Of a stretch of 64,000 bases of DNA, positions 37,136 to 49,168 are shown piece after piece. Each line of letters opens with the position of its first letter. The first letter of the stretch is position 1. Both the position numbers and the translations under genes were made by a program. Below the pieces are notes generated by a model, which saw nothing but the letters and a program-made list of their open reading frames with translations, made no database searches and was not told the DNA's origin. Source of the stretch: Phyllosticta citribraziliensis (lineage: Eukaryota); NCBI RefSeq assembly GCF_038025025.1, contig NW_027117339.1, positions 2,542,001 through 2,606,000 on the forward strand. Reading direction: 5' to 3'.

Positions 37136-38097
37136 GGCCGCTGTCCTTGACTTTTGCGCAATGACTTCGGCATCTGAGCACACAGTGGGAGGAGCCTTGT
37201 GATCACCTGCCCGAGCTGGCCTGCTTGAGACTTCAGCGGAAAGCTGGGGAAATTGGCAAGCCCACTACCCTCGAGCGCGCACCTTGGGTGTGATGGCAAC
37301 AGCGTTCGACTGCTCCCGACCCGAGACAACTCTCCTCGCAGCTAGAAGCCACTGTCTCCATTGGCAAATACCCGATCGTCTCGCAGGGGAAAACAAAGAA
37401 GCCAGAGAGCGCGTATCTTTCACAGGCCAACAACTGCGAAAAGCGGCGCACCGAACGAGGTCTACACCAGCCAGGACGGCAGCCCTAGGCTTTGCTCAAA
37501 TGCTTTTGACTGTGCAGGCCGTCTGTAAATATCTTGTAAATACACCCACGAAGCCAAATGCCAATAAAACTTGCTCAAGATCCCATCACCTTGCATTTTC
37601 ATGCCTAGCAATGCGGATACGCTCAGGGAGCATTCATTGACTACTACTGCAACACTTTAGGAGTGTTTTTCTCACTATTATAGCTGCGCTTGGGGAGCAG
37701 TCAATCATTGCTGCAGCGAAACAACGCTCTGCTTGAGTCGGTGGCCGTGGAGCTCGCGTTACCACTCACCTCCTCGGCTTTCCAGGCTTTCCCGAGGCTC
37801 ATTCCTAGTGACGTTTGTCCTTGTAACGGTCTTCGACGCCAAAGGTTCGAGAGAAGGTCGTTGGACTTCCGGTGACCGTCAATCAGCTGAGGAATGCTCC
37901 CTATCCATGGAAATGAGCGGCCATTTCGGTGTAGAGTGCCATCAGCCTGTCAAGACTGAGTCTTGAATAACGTGTAATACTGGCCATGTCGACGCAATAT
38001 GCCTGGATCTTCCAAGTCGTGAAGCATATCCCGAACCCAAAGTTGGGACTAAGCTAGCTTGGCTCATGAAGTCATTGACGCTCGACTTCTCGATCTT

Positions 38098-38692
38098 TCA
38101 CCCCATGTGCGTGTCCTCGCCATCCTGTCCCTCGCCGTCTCCCAACCTTGCTTCCAGTCTCTTTCTCGCCTCGGCCACCAGTTCTGCCCCCTTGACCACT
38201 CCAACATCCCTCGTCCGCGCGTTCAGCCATCCCACGTCCAGCTCTCCCAACCCGCCGTTTTTGACTTCTCCACCGGCCCCGCTGCCTCCTTCCACCTTCT
38301 CCGCTTTCGCTGGTATCACCCCAGCGTCCTCCAGCGCGCCAATCTGGCGCATGAGGTTGTCCTGTATTGTCCGCACAAGGCTAAAGTATTGTTTGGTATG
38401 CGCCGAAAATGCGGCTTTGCGGGCTTCGAGAGGAGAATCAGAGATCGACGACGGGTCGGCTGAGGAGGACGATGGCGGTGGGGGTATTTCGCGGTTCGTA
38501 AGGGCGCTGACGGCGCTTCCAGCTGCGGTGAGCAATCTGGGGATGTCCTGAGGGCGCGCATCAGCGGATTGAGTGGGTAGGTGGCTGTGGCGAAGCTGTC
38601 GGTACCTCTTTTATTTTGCTGAGCTCTTGGATGTGCTCGACTGCTAGATTGACGTGGTCCCTCGCGCCTCGCGCCTCTTCCGCGTTGGCCAT
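38098..38692 (-). CDS. MED11: Mediator subunit Med11
   Basis: HIQELSKIKE|DIPRLLTAAGSAVSALT...YFSLVRTIQDNLMRQIGALEDAGVI...GGLGELDVGWLNAR. Intron 38548-38605. Confidence 0.8.
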
Positions 38693-39308
38693 GATCGCGC
38701 TGGCCTAGGTGCTTGTGTGTGAGAAGTCCCTGATCTCGATGTGGTCTACAGCTGTCGAGTTGCTCAGCCGTTCGATTGCCAATGACGCAGGTCGTGGACA
38801 CTAGTCGCGTGTGGTTCCCCGGTAGCCGTCCTGATGAGTTGAAAGGTCGGGGTTTGGGGACGCCAGTGATCCAGGAGAGTTTCTTTTGCTGATCCAGTGT
38901 TGACTTGAGAGTTGAAGAGAATTAGTACCAGCACCAGGGTTCTGCTTTTGGATAGGTACTGTGCAGAAAGTGTTTGGAGTTGTGGAATCTCAGGCGGAGG
39001 ATCTGCACCTTCGGATGGACGTGCATCAACGCTAGTAGCACGGGCCAGATGGTGAGCCTCGCGCTAAATCTTATCGAGACGTGCCGCCGTGTCGAAGGAA
39101 GCGCGTCTGGTCAACCTCCAGGCCCAAGGTGCCAACTATTTTCCACCGCTCCAGTATCGCCCTCGTTTTCTATTCGCTTCCCAAAGGACTCGATGGACAC
39201 CATCTGTTGATGACCGGAATCCGCCTGTAGCACCCGCACAGTTGTAAAGGCGACCGCATTCCTAGTACTGGCATCCAGCGGTTGAATCTGTGAACTCTCC
39301 GTACGAAG

Positions 39309-42300
39309 ATGTCGGGTCCTCCGCCTGGCAATGGGCCTCCTCACTCACGAAACGTCAGTGTGAGCAACGGACCTCCGAGCGCCGGTATGGCTGGAAACTC
39401 GCAACAAATGCCGCCGCAAGGTGGCGTGCCCCCAGTTGGCACCCCGGGTGGAAGTGCCCAAAGCCAACAAAACCTGAATTATATTGTAGGTGAAGCAATT
39501 TCTTGTCATTTGCCTTTGTTTTATTTGTTTCCCTATTTGGAATGTGGTTGAGATCTTACCATGGAACGCTGGTCTCTCCAAATTCAATTTCGCGCGCCTC
39601 GCGCGTCTTTGATGGATCTTTTAAATTTAACGGGAAACCTGGATATCTGGCGCCGAGGCCTCGCGGACACCTCCAGCTCAGGACGTTGAGTCACCACGCG
39701 ACTTCCTTTCGGAGCGGTCGCACGACTTGTACCTGTCCTTGACCAACGCGCACCACCAGATCTTGGCCGGGCTCTTTAACCCCCCAATCCATCCTGGGCG
39801 GTGTCTGGATTCTTTCGCCAACCCCGACTGTCGCCCATACTCTGAGCTTATCAGCTGCTTGACCCTTATCATCACATCTACAAAGTTGGAGTGTCCGACA
39901 ATCTACACCAACAGCCATCAATATGGTAGCGGAAGCGTGTTCTCTGAAGCGACAGAGGCAAGAGAGGCAGCAGAGAGAAGAGAGGCAACAGGAAGAGGCA
40001 CATTACCGAGAGGCAAGTTACCTTTGCGCCTCCATCGCTCTCCAATTGTCGCCGGCAACGAAGGAGCATCCATCAGGTCGCCGCAGGTGCTTACTTCGCT
40101 CAATCCGGACGCGACAACCCTGACCGTGCCGCGTCTACATACCTGGAGCGGTCGGACACAGAGCCATCCCTATCATTTGCGAGCGGTCTCAGAAATGTCA
40201 AACATCAACTTCCATGCAGGATCATTCGCGAACATGGAGGCAAGACTCAAGCAAATGGTGGGGTGGGAGAAACATCACCATTGGGTCGCCCTGACAACAG
40301 GCCATTACTTTTCCATGCGGCGCGTACATCTCAAAACGTTCCATTGCTGACCAAGGCATTTAGGTACTGGAGTATCTCAATAAGAAGGGTTATAACCGTA
40401 CCGAGGCGATGCTTCGCAAAGAATCCTCAAATCAGGACGCAGAAGGCCGCCCTATCATCACTCGTGCTGAAGATCGTGGTGGCGCCGCTTATGACCAGGC
40501 ATTTGGTACTGTATCTTGACATTCAACTCTTAGGATGGATACTAATATACGCTTCAGAGATGTTGCGTGGATGGATCGAAGACAACCTAGGACTCTACAA
40601 GCCGGAGCTGCGGAGATTGCTTTGGCCCGTGTTTGTCTATTCATACCTGGACATGCACAAAGAGTTCTTCTCCAGGGAGGCCGTGACGTTCTTCGAGAAG
40701 CACAAAGAAATGTTTACTCAAGAGCACGAAGTAGACATTGTCTCTCTCGGAGCCATCCGCTTGCCCGAACACGTCGCCGACAGTAACATCGCCAAGATAT
40801 ACCGGGGCAACAAATACCGCTTGACACTGAGCAACATGGCCTTCAACAGCCTGATTCAGTTTTTGGAATCAAAGGAGAAGGATGGTGGCTCAATCATCAT
40901 CAAGATTATGAATCAGTGGATGAACATAGTCACGCAAGATCGCACGGCGCCCGGCAACGAGAGGAGTCTTGCAGCAATGATCTCTCGTGGAAGCAAAATC
41001 GAGGAAGACATGCCTGCCGAAGACGAGGGTATTCCAGGTCACAACCCGGGTTCGGCCAATACCGATCGCAACGCGCCACCTGTGCTGGCGAAGCTTCAGT
41101 TGGGCCCTCTTCCGATGGAGCCTGATTTGATGGAAGATGTTCGCGCCGAAGTTTCGGACCTGGATACCAAAAACCCTCCGGCACCGGGTCAACCTACCCT
41201 CGCTGATGAATTCGAAGCTCGAATCAAGCGTGAGTCTACTGAAGAGGCTCCAGCCCGGGATGCTGTCCCGCTGCCCCCATCACTTGCCCGCGACGTTTCC
41301 ATGGAGGTGCAAAAGGTCAAGGAGAATCGTGATAGATTCAAGATTGAAGGCCGCTCAGGAGGCGTTGGCCCTGGCGTCAGCGTTTGCATGTACACCTTCC
41401 ACAACACGTTCGATGCCGTCAACTGCCTCGACTTCTCAGGCGACAACGAGCTTGTTGCAGTTGGCATGGCAGAATCCTACATCAAGGTTTGGTCGCTTAG
41501 CGGCGAGGCCATTCACTCCATCAACCCCAACGACAAGCCAAGCGCCTCCAAGAGGCTCATCGGCCACTCTGGCCCCATCTACGCTGTGGCCTTCTCCCCC
41601 TCGACCGCAAATCCATTCCCCGGACCTGGTCATGCCTCGACACGTCCCAAGTACCTCATTTCCTCCTCTGCCGACAAGACCATTCGCCTCTGGTCCCTCG
41701 ACACCTGGACCTGTCTCGTAGCCTACAAGGGACACAGTGGGCCTGTGTGGGATGTCAAGTGGGGTCCATTTGGCCACTACTTCGTTACAGGTAGCCATGA
41801 CCGCACCGCTCGCCTCTGGACGACCGACCATATTGCGCCTCACAGGCTCTTTGTAGGACACGACGGTGACGTTGACGCCGTCGCCTGGCACCCCAACGGC
41901 GCATACGTTTTCACGGCTTCGGGCGACAAGACCGTCCGCATGTGGCACATCAACGGAAACGCTCTTCGAATGTTCACGGGACACACTGCAAACATCACCG
42001 CGCTCGAGTGTTCGCCGTCTGGCAAGAAGCTGGCATCTGCAGACGACGCCGGCAACATCATCCTGTGGGATTTGGCTTCAGGCACACGCATCAAGCGCAT
42101 GCGTGGCCACGGCAAAGGCGGCGTCTGGTCGCTGTCATGGTCGGTTGAGTCATCTGTCCTCGTGTCGGGCGGCGCCGATGGTACGGTGCGCGTATGGGAC
42201 GTCCTGCAAGAGACGCCCGAGTCGACGACGACGGCAAACGGCAAGGTCATCGCTGAAGGCGGCTCCGGCAACAAGATCGACGGCAGCGGCAGCGGCGGTG

Positions 42301-42467
42301 GCGGTTCGGGCGGTGGCGGCGGCTCGTCTTCCAGCAAGAAGAAGGCCAAGGATGTGGTTGTTACGGCTGACCAGATCAGCGCTTTTCCCACCAAGAAGAG
42401 CCCCGTTTACAAGGTCCACTTTACCCGCATGAACCTCGTCCTCGGAGGCAGTGCGTACATGCCTTGA
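39309..42467 (+). CDS. TAF5: TFIID/SAGA subunit Taf5 (LisH, NTD2, WD40)
   Basis: QQNLNYI|VLEYLNKKGYNRTEAMLRKES (LisH) joined across intron 39486-40363. Intron 40507-40557. YKPELRRLLWPVFVYSYL, WD40 repeats, and C-terminal AFPTKKSPVYKVHFTRMNL. Confidence 0.93.
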
Positions 42468-43126
42468 TTTTAGCTAGAAGGATGACATGCGTTGGAGCGC
42501 GGCTCTCCTCGTCAAGGAAGTGGGGGTTTTGAAATCATCCTCGGCGTCAATGGACGGCGGGACGGCTGGGAAGGTATTTTTGCTTTGCTTATTCTTTTGC
42601 TTCTGGCGGGAGAGGGAGTGGTTCTGCGATACCAGATGCGGGCGATGGAGTGAGGACTTACTTGCTCTTTGCTTTGCTTTGCTTCGCTTTGCGAGATGCT
42701 GGTGGGTCTGGGGTAGTTTCAGAGACCATGCTTGGATCTCCTTTGACAACCATCCAAGCCAGTCTAAAATCTAAAATCTTCGTCTATTGGGGCAGCTCGT
42801 TGTGCGTTTTGAATTGTGGTCCTCTGACACATAGTACACTCGATACTGTAGTCGGAGCCTGGAGAGATCTTCTTCATCAAGTTTGCAAAATACGTAGATG
42901 CAGATGTGGATGAGGAGGAGTGTACATATCTCCTTTCACGTTCAATTGTTCAAACGCGAATCGGTAATGTTTTCTTTCCGCTTTACTTGTCCAACTGGTT
43001 GCCATCTTCCCCGAGTGACGCCAAACGCCCGAATCCAAACGGTGCATTGCAAAACATCAAGCCTGCCGCCCAACAAATGAGACGCTCTACTGTGATGGCG
43101 AACTCTAGTCTCCATGCCCTGCTCGT

Positions 43127-44959
43127 TTACACGCCCGAATAAACCGCCGTCACTTCCCTGCCACACTGAACACGCTGCTCCACCTCGACCCAGCGGCCGC
43201 CAATCTTGACCTTCTTCTTGGGCGTGATCTGAAAGCGGTGTTCCTCCTTGCCCCGGACCTTGCGCTCAGCCAGCTGGTCGAGCGGCTGGATGTACGTGGG
43301 CTGCGAGATGTTGTTGCGCTTTCCCGTGCCGATCTGGTAGCTCTCGTTCTTGCCGAAGAAGACAATGTCGGCGCCCCAGTTGGTCTCGTTCTCCGTGAAC
43401 GTATCCTTGCGGGACGCGCCGGCGACGGTGCCGGCCGACAGCTGCGCAATGTTGTTCATGACGGCCGCCGCGTGGTTGGCGCCGACGGAGAGGTTGGCCA
43501 GCCGGATGGGCACGACCTTGTTGGCGAGCTCGTCGTACTCGAAGAGGCCGGACAGCGAGGGGATTTTGGTCGGTGTGCCTTGCAGGTGCGTCCATCGTCC
43601 GTTGCCCAGCTGGCCCCAGATGCCTTGGCCACAGGCCCAGGTGTCGGCCGTCACGCGGCCTAGGTTGCGTCGCGCGATGGAGGATTCTTCGTTTTCGCTG
43701 CCGGGATTGCTGACGCGGGTCGCGTCGACGGTGAAGTAGGAGTTGTTGCCGCCGGCTGCAAGCCCAGTCACCCGTGGCTGCAGGCCAGTGCCTCGGTAGA
43801 GGTTGTGAAAGGGGAGGAGAGATGGGGAATCAATGTTGCCGGCATCGGGGTCGTAGTCAAAGCCCAGCTGGCCCATGCTGTTGTCGCCAAAGCTGAAGAC
43901 GCGGCCCTCTTTGTCTGATACCAAGCTGTGGAAGTCGCCGGCGGCGATTTTGGCGATTTCAAATCCGCGCAGAGTTGATAGCTCGTGGGGTTGGTCATAA
44001 GCGCCTTCGGGTCGGTTGCTCCAAGACAGACCTGGCACTCCGAGCTGTCCTTTAGATGGGTAGTCGAGAGCGGATGAGGCGGCAGAGAAAACTCGTCTCT
44101 TGGATGTCAGCATGAGGAGGTGCTCTTGCCCACCGGCAATGTCTGTGATCTTCTCGCCAAAACCCATGTCCTTGGGCTCAATCTTGCGGTAGGAGATGGG
44201 GCTGCGCCACGACCAGAAAGGAATCCAGGACCCCTCGGCGGGTTTGGAACCTGCTTCCTGCTCTGACTTTGACACTGGCACGGAATAAACCTTGCCACTA
44301 GAGCTGAGACCAAAGATGCGGTCTTTGGACAAGACGAGAGACTTCAGGTTCTTGCCTCTCAGGGTGGCAGCCGGTTGAGCGCTGTCCTTGTCATATCCGA
44401 TCCCCCACTGCAAAAGATCGCCATTCTCGTTGATGGCGGCGCCAAAGTAGCGGTCCAACTTTAAATCGCGAAGGAGGACTCCCTCAAAGAATGGTATCCG
44501 ACGCGGGGTCTTGATAAACTGTTCGTCCGAATCCGGCGCAACGACCTTGCCACTGTTGGACCCCCAGGCGTAGACGCCCGGACTTTCCCAGCTCCGCTTT
44601 ACTTGCAGATGCTGGGAACTGAGGATGTCCCGATTCTCTTCCTTGGTGGCGCCCTTTTTGGGACGCTTCTCAAAAGTGAGCTCGACCTCGGGCTTCTCGG
44701 GCTCGTCGGCATAGACTTTGCGACGAATCGTGTTGCCAGCCGAATACTGGTAAAAGGCAGCGGCAGACCCCAGACCAGTAAAGAGGATCATCCAACCAGG
44801 GATGCGGGCGCGCTTCGCTGGGGCATTCTCAGCAGAAACAGCTGAAGCAACAGTGCTCTTCTTCGCGGTGGCGTTGAGCTTTCCGCGCGGGATGCGGGTC
44901 GCAGCGGCGGCCTTATTAATGCGCTGCGAGGATTGGCGGAGACTGCGCGAGGGAATCAT
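43127..44959 (-). CDS. FMP25: Mitochondrial RCC1-repeat protein Fmp25
   Basis: Presequence-like N-terminus, TM segment, QVKRSWESPGVYAWGSN, and RCC1 repeats (IAAGDFHSL..GRVFSFGDNSMGQLG; ACGQGIWGQLGNG). Intronless. Confidence 0.8.
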   Translation of the reverse strand: MIPSRSLRQSSQRINKAAAATRIPRGKLNATAKKSTVASAVSAENAPAKRARIPGWMILFTGLGSAAAFYQYSAGNTIRRKVYADEPEKPEVELTFEKRPKKGATKEENRDILSSQHLQVKRSWESPGVYAWGSNSGKVVAPDSDEQFIKTPRRIPFFEGVLLRDLKLDRYFGAAINENGDLLQWGIGYDKDSAQPAATLRGKNLKSLVLSKDRIFGLSSSGKVYSVPVSKSEQEAGSKPAEGSWIPFWSWRSPISYRKIEPKDMGFGEKITDIAGGQEHLLMLTSKRRVFSAASSALDYPSKGQLGVPGLSWSNRPEGAYDQPHELSTLRGFEIAKIAAGDFHSLVSDKEGRVFSFGDNSMGQLGFDYDPDAGNIDSPSLLPFHNLYRGTGLQPRVTGLAAGGNNSYFTVDATRVSNPGSENEESSIARRNLGRVTADTWACGQGIWGQLGNGRWTHLQGTPTKIPSLSGLFEYDELANKVVPIRLANLSVGANHAAAVMNNIAQLSAGTVAGASRKDTFTENETNWGADIVFFGKNESYQIGTGKRNNISQPTYIQPLDQLAERKVRGKEEHRFQITPKKKVKIGGRWVEVEQRVQCGREVTAVYSGV

Positions 44960-45293
44960 GGTGGGAGTAGGGTGCAGGAGAAGTCGAACAGATGAGGGAC
45001 AATTGAGAAAAGTAAGGAGGTCAGACACGCGACATGACTTTGCGCGAGAAGGCGACGAATGGGTTGAGTGGTAAGTGGCTGTCGAGTAGATGAAGTCATG
45101 ACTTGGGAATAATTTAGCTCAGGTCCCTACCCGACATCCTTAGCCCGGGCGGCACCCTAGTCGGCGGGCCTGGTCTGTGCGCGGGGATTCCGCTCCGGCG
45201 GCCTCGAGCTCCGCCGCGGGAGAGGCCAGCTTCCGCTTCGCAACTTATCCAACACCAACAATTCACCCGCGCCCCTCCACCTCACCTCCCGCC

Positions 45294-48064
45294 ATGTACG
45301 AGGATGCCTGGATCAGCGCCGTCGTACCAGAGCATTACGCCCAGCCAGAGATACCAAAGCCAGGCCACAGGCGTCGCGTCTCGCTCCTCAAGCAGCCCAA
45401 CGTAAGCCCACAATCTGCCTCGCCTAGGTGCGTCACGACCTGTCCATGGTATTGATTCTTGTGCCCACAGGAGAGCAACCAGGCTGACGACCCCGTAGAA
45501 GCTATCCCCGAAATCACAGAGGAGCCTGAACAAGCCAACGGTCCCCCAAAAGCCCAAGTCGCCCGCAGGGCCAAGTCGTTTAGTGATTTCTACAATGTTG
45601 CCAGAGCCCACATCGCAAAGGAGCGCCAGCAGGAATTGGAGAAACACAAGCTGAGGAAGAGGTCAAAGGAGCTCCTGAGGACAGACGTGGATTTTGATTC
45701 TTGGTACCACCAAATCAGTGACGACCTGCTCGACGCGAGTCATGGCGAGTACCAGTACGTTCTCGTGCGATTGAGCCCTGTCCCTTTGGCCGCGCTGATT
45801 GTGTTGTCTTTGAATTAGACTGTATCGAGACCAGCTCCATCTTTCCCACAGACACCTCGATTCCCTCCTCGAAAGCACGAATACCGCGCTTGATCTTCTC
45901 TCCTCGCTCTCCGACTCGTTCAAAGCCGTCGCGGCACAAACGACGACATTCCAGAAGCAATGCGAAGGCCTGATAGCCGACCAAAAGCGCATCACAAAGC
46001 TCGCCGACGACATGGGGGAGAACCTACAATACTACGCCTACCTCGAGCCCACAACGCGCCGATTGAATGCGCCAGGAGCCGGCAACTTTGTACGCGGAGA
46101 CGCTTTCAAGGAAATGCTCGAAAATCTGGACAGTTGCATCGACTATATGCAAACACATGTATGTCGTGGTCATAATCACGTTCAAGGCATAAGCTGACCG
46201 TCCTAGCCCAAGCACAGCGAATCCTCAACGTACGGCTCCCGGTACAAGCTACTCCTTACCCGGGCACTCACTCTTATCCGAGTTCATTTTACCAACACCC
46301 TCCGCGAGATAGCCGCAGATGTATCAAAGCGAATAGCAGACAGGCAATTGAACGATACGACCATGTCTGCCCTGCTGTATGCAAAATTCCGTGTCGGCGC
46401 GGCAGAGCTGAAAGAGCTTGGTTTGGAGATTCAAAAGCGCGCAGTGCTACCGGCAGACGCGGAGCCCGATGCGGAACCTGAATATCAAAGTCTGATGAAT
46501 GAGCTTTACCAGAGCTACTCGGCGACTCGAGGCAGGCTCATTCTACCCCTAATCGCCAAAAAGATGCACGAAATTTCGTTAGCGCCGAGTTCTTCCAAAG
46601 ATTTGGTTACCTTTGCAAGAAGCGGTATAAGCTACATCCGCGGCATTTGCTTTGACGAGTACGACCTGTGGGCCGAGTGGTTCGAGGGTGATGGGGGTGT
46701 TTACGACTTTCTCGAAGGGATCATGGAGCCCTTCTACGACTATTTACGACCGCGGACGATTCACGAAACTCAGCTTGTCAAGCTTTGCGAGCTCTGCTCT
46801 CTCATCCAATCCCGGTACATGGAAGAAGAGGAGGAGGAGAGTGAATCCAGTCCGGCCGTCAGGCTCGACTTTGCTTCTTTAATCCAACCAGCGCTTGAGG
46901 ACGCACAGACAAGACTTGTCTTCCTCTCGCTGACAATCTTACGTGATGATATAGAATATTACAAACCCAAGCCTGAAGATCTCGAATGGCCTATACAGAG
47001 CCGACGTGGCTCGGAGCCAAAAAGAGAAGGTCCGGCATTGTCAGGCAAAAAGGGCCAAAACGGGCCCCTCGTCCCATCCGGACAAGAAGACGAGACAGAC
47101 ACTCGGTGGGCATTCAACGCCGAAACTGCGTTCAAGGACTGGTACCCTACTCTGCGCAAAGCCATATGGCTCTTGAGCAAAATATACCGCCTTGTAAATG
47201 TAAATCTTCTTTCCACTCTGCCCTTGACCAAAGCTAACCATCTCATAGTCCAAAGTCTTTGACGACCTTGCACATCAAATCGTGCACCAGACTACCATGT
47301 CACTGCACCACGCCTCCCAACAAATCAGCACACGTTCTTCTCCCACCGACGCCCAACTCTTCCTGATCCGCCATCTTCTCCTCCTCAAGCAGCAAATCGT
47401 TGCTTTTGACATTGAATTTCTCAGCACAGATGTCAGCCTCGACTTTTCCTCCGTCACAAACACCTTTTGGGAGCTTCGTGAGCGAGGCGGCCTCTTCAAC
47501 CCGCGGAACTGGGGCCGCTTCGTCAGCATGGGACTGGTCCCGCGCGTCGTCGAAAACATGCTCGACGCCAAATCCGACCTTGACGGTCGCCTGCGCTCTG
47601 TCATTGGCGACTTTACCAACAGCTGGGCAGGCCGCGTCACCTCCGCCATCGCACCCGACAAGACGGGCAAGAAGGGATTCGCGGCGACCGAGGCCCTTGA
47701 CGAGGTGCAACGGGCGGCGCAAAAGGAGGTCGCGTTCTTGCGGCGCAAGCTGGAGGAGTACATTGACGACAGCCGCACGCGGGAGACGCTCGTTGCGGCC
47801 GTCGTCGAGCAGATTGTCGCCAACTACGAGACTTTTTGGGACAGGGTCCAGAGCGATGGCAAGGCGCTGACCAAGGGCGGGTTGGGCATGGCAAAGGGCA
47901 AGAGCAGGGCAGACGAGCTGTGGGAACCAGGCGTCTTCGAAGAGTGGTGTGCGGACGTCTTTCGGGTCGGTCAGGGCTCGTTGGCATGGGGTGGCATGGC
48001 GGCGCCTGCGGCTGAGGACGCCGACGATGCAAGCAGTGGAGTCAGTCGAGATGGAAGTGTATGA
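45294..48064 (+). CDS. COG3: Conserved oligomeric Golgi complex subunit 3 (Sec34)
   Basis: RRAKSFSDFY, NLQYYAYLEPTTRRLNAPG, LLYAKFRV, DAQTRLVF, WYPTLRKAIWLLSKIYRLVN|SKVFDDLAHQIVH, LFLIRHLLLLKQQIVAFDIEF. Four introns. Confidence 0.92.
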
Positions 48065-48653
48065 TAGGGATGGAGCTTGGCGGGAAAGGACGTGCTCAAT
48101 TATATCCACAGAGGCGCCTTGTAGCGCTCTTTGTTTTGCAAAGGATTGCTTCAGTGTTGTCTGTGAGTGAAGTCTGCCTTTGGCCGGCGGGTGTTCGACG
48201 TCCTCAACAGGTGATGTCGATGATGGTATAGACGAGAAAGTCTCAAGAGCGAAAGATCAGGAGGGCAAAGAGAACGAAGTTGACGAGACAAGCAAGCAGC
48301 GGAAGGACGACAGATGACAAACAACCCAACTCCTCGCCAACCAATTTTTGCCCTCCTCTCTCAGTGAGCTGCAAACAAAAGGCAAAAGAGACCCGCGAGG
48401 ATCGATCGAACCAATGACGTATCTTCTCAAGGCTAGCAGGCAAGCTCGTAGTAGTAATCTCATGAGTGCTCCTGCTACCTTTCCAGACGCGCCAATGGCC
48501 CGACCGTCGTTGTTTTTCCGGTTCTCTTGGGAATTGAGCTATTTGACCGCTTTTATAGATTGGTGCATGAACAATGGACTGGGCACATAACTGTCGGCAA
48601 TGTCATTGATCTCTGTGTGCACTCGATCGATTAATCATGACCAGCGCGCCCTC

Positions 48654-49168
48654 TCACGATACGGAATTCATTCGCCACCGCCGATGTCGCACATGGAATA
48701 CGTTCAAGCTCCCCAAAAACTCCATGAGCACTTCCCACACAGTAGCCAGACCGCGCCGCACGGCGGAAAAGAAGAGCCTTGGCGTAAGTGTACAGCGGCG
48801 ACGCCGGCGGGGAGAATGCCTTGAGTGCGACAAGAAAGATCTTGAAACCGATGTAGTCGAAAACGTGTGCGAGAGGAGCGGGCGAAGCAGGTCGCGGCGC
48901 GGGATGGCGCCGCCGTGGATGTGCTTTTCGTCGAGGGGCGTGGTGAAGCGCGGGAGGTAGGTCGTTGATGTCGGGTGCGTTGTCTGACGGTTTTCTTGTT
49001 GGTTTGTGGGGGTTGACGGGTCGCGCGTGTAGGAAGCAGGAGGAGGGAGCGCATGGTGTGGCGTACCTTTTTGGGGCGTGCTGAATGTGTATGCGTTGGA
49101 GGAGGGGGCGATGGCATCTGCTGTGATGGGATTAGAAGCGTTGATGGCTTTGCGAATGATGCGCCCAT
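48654..49168 (-). CDS. Possible orphan protein (143 aa, one intron)
   Basis: aaacATGGGC start. A candidate intron 48984-49066 (gtacgc...cag) joins exon 1 in frame to an open frame ending at 48654. The branch point is poor and no motif is recognisable. Confidence 0.3.
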
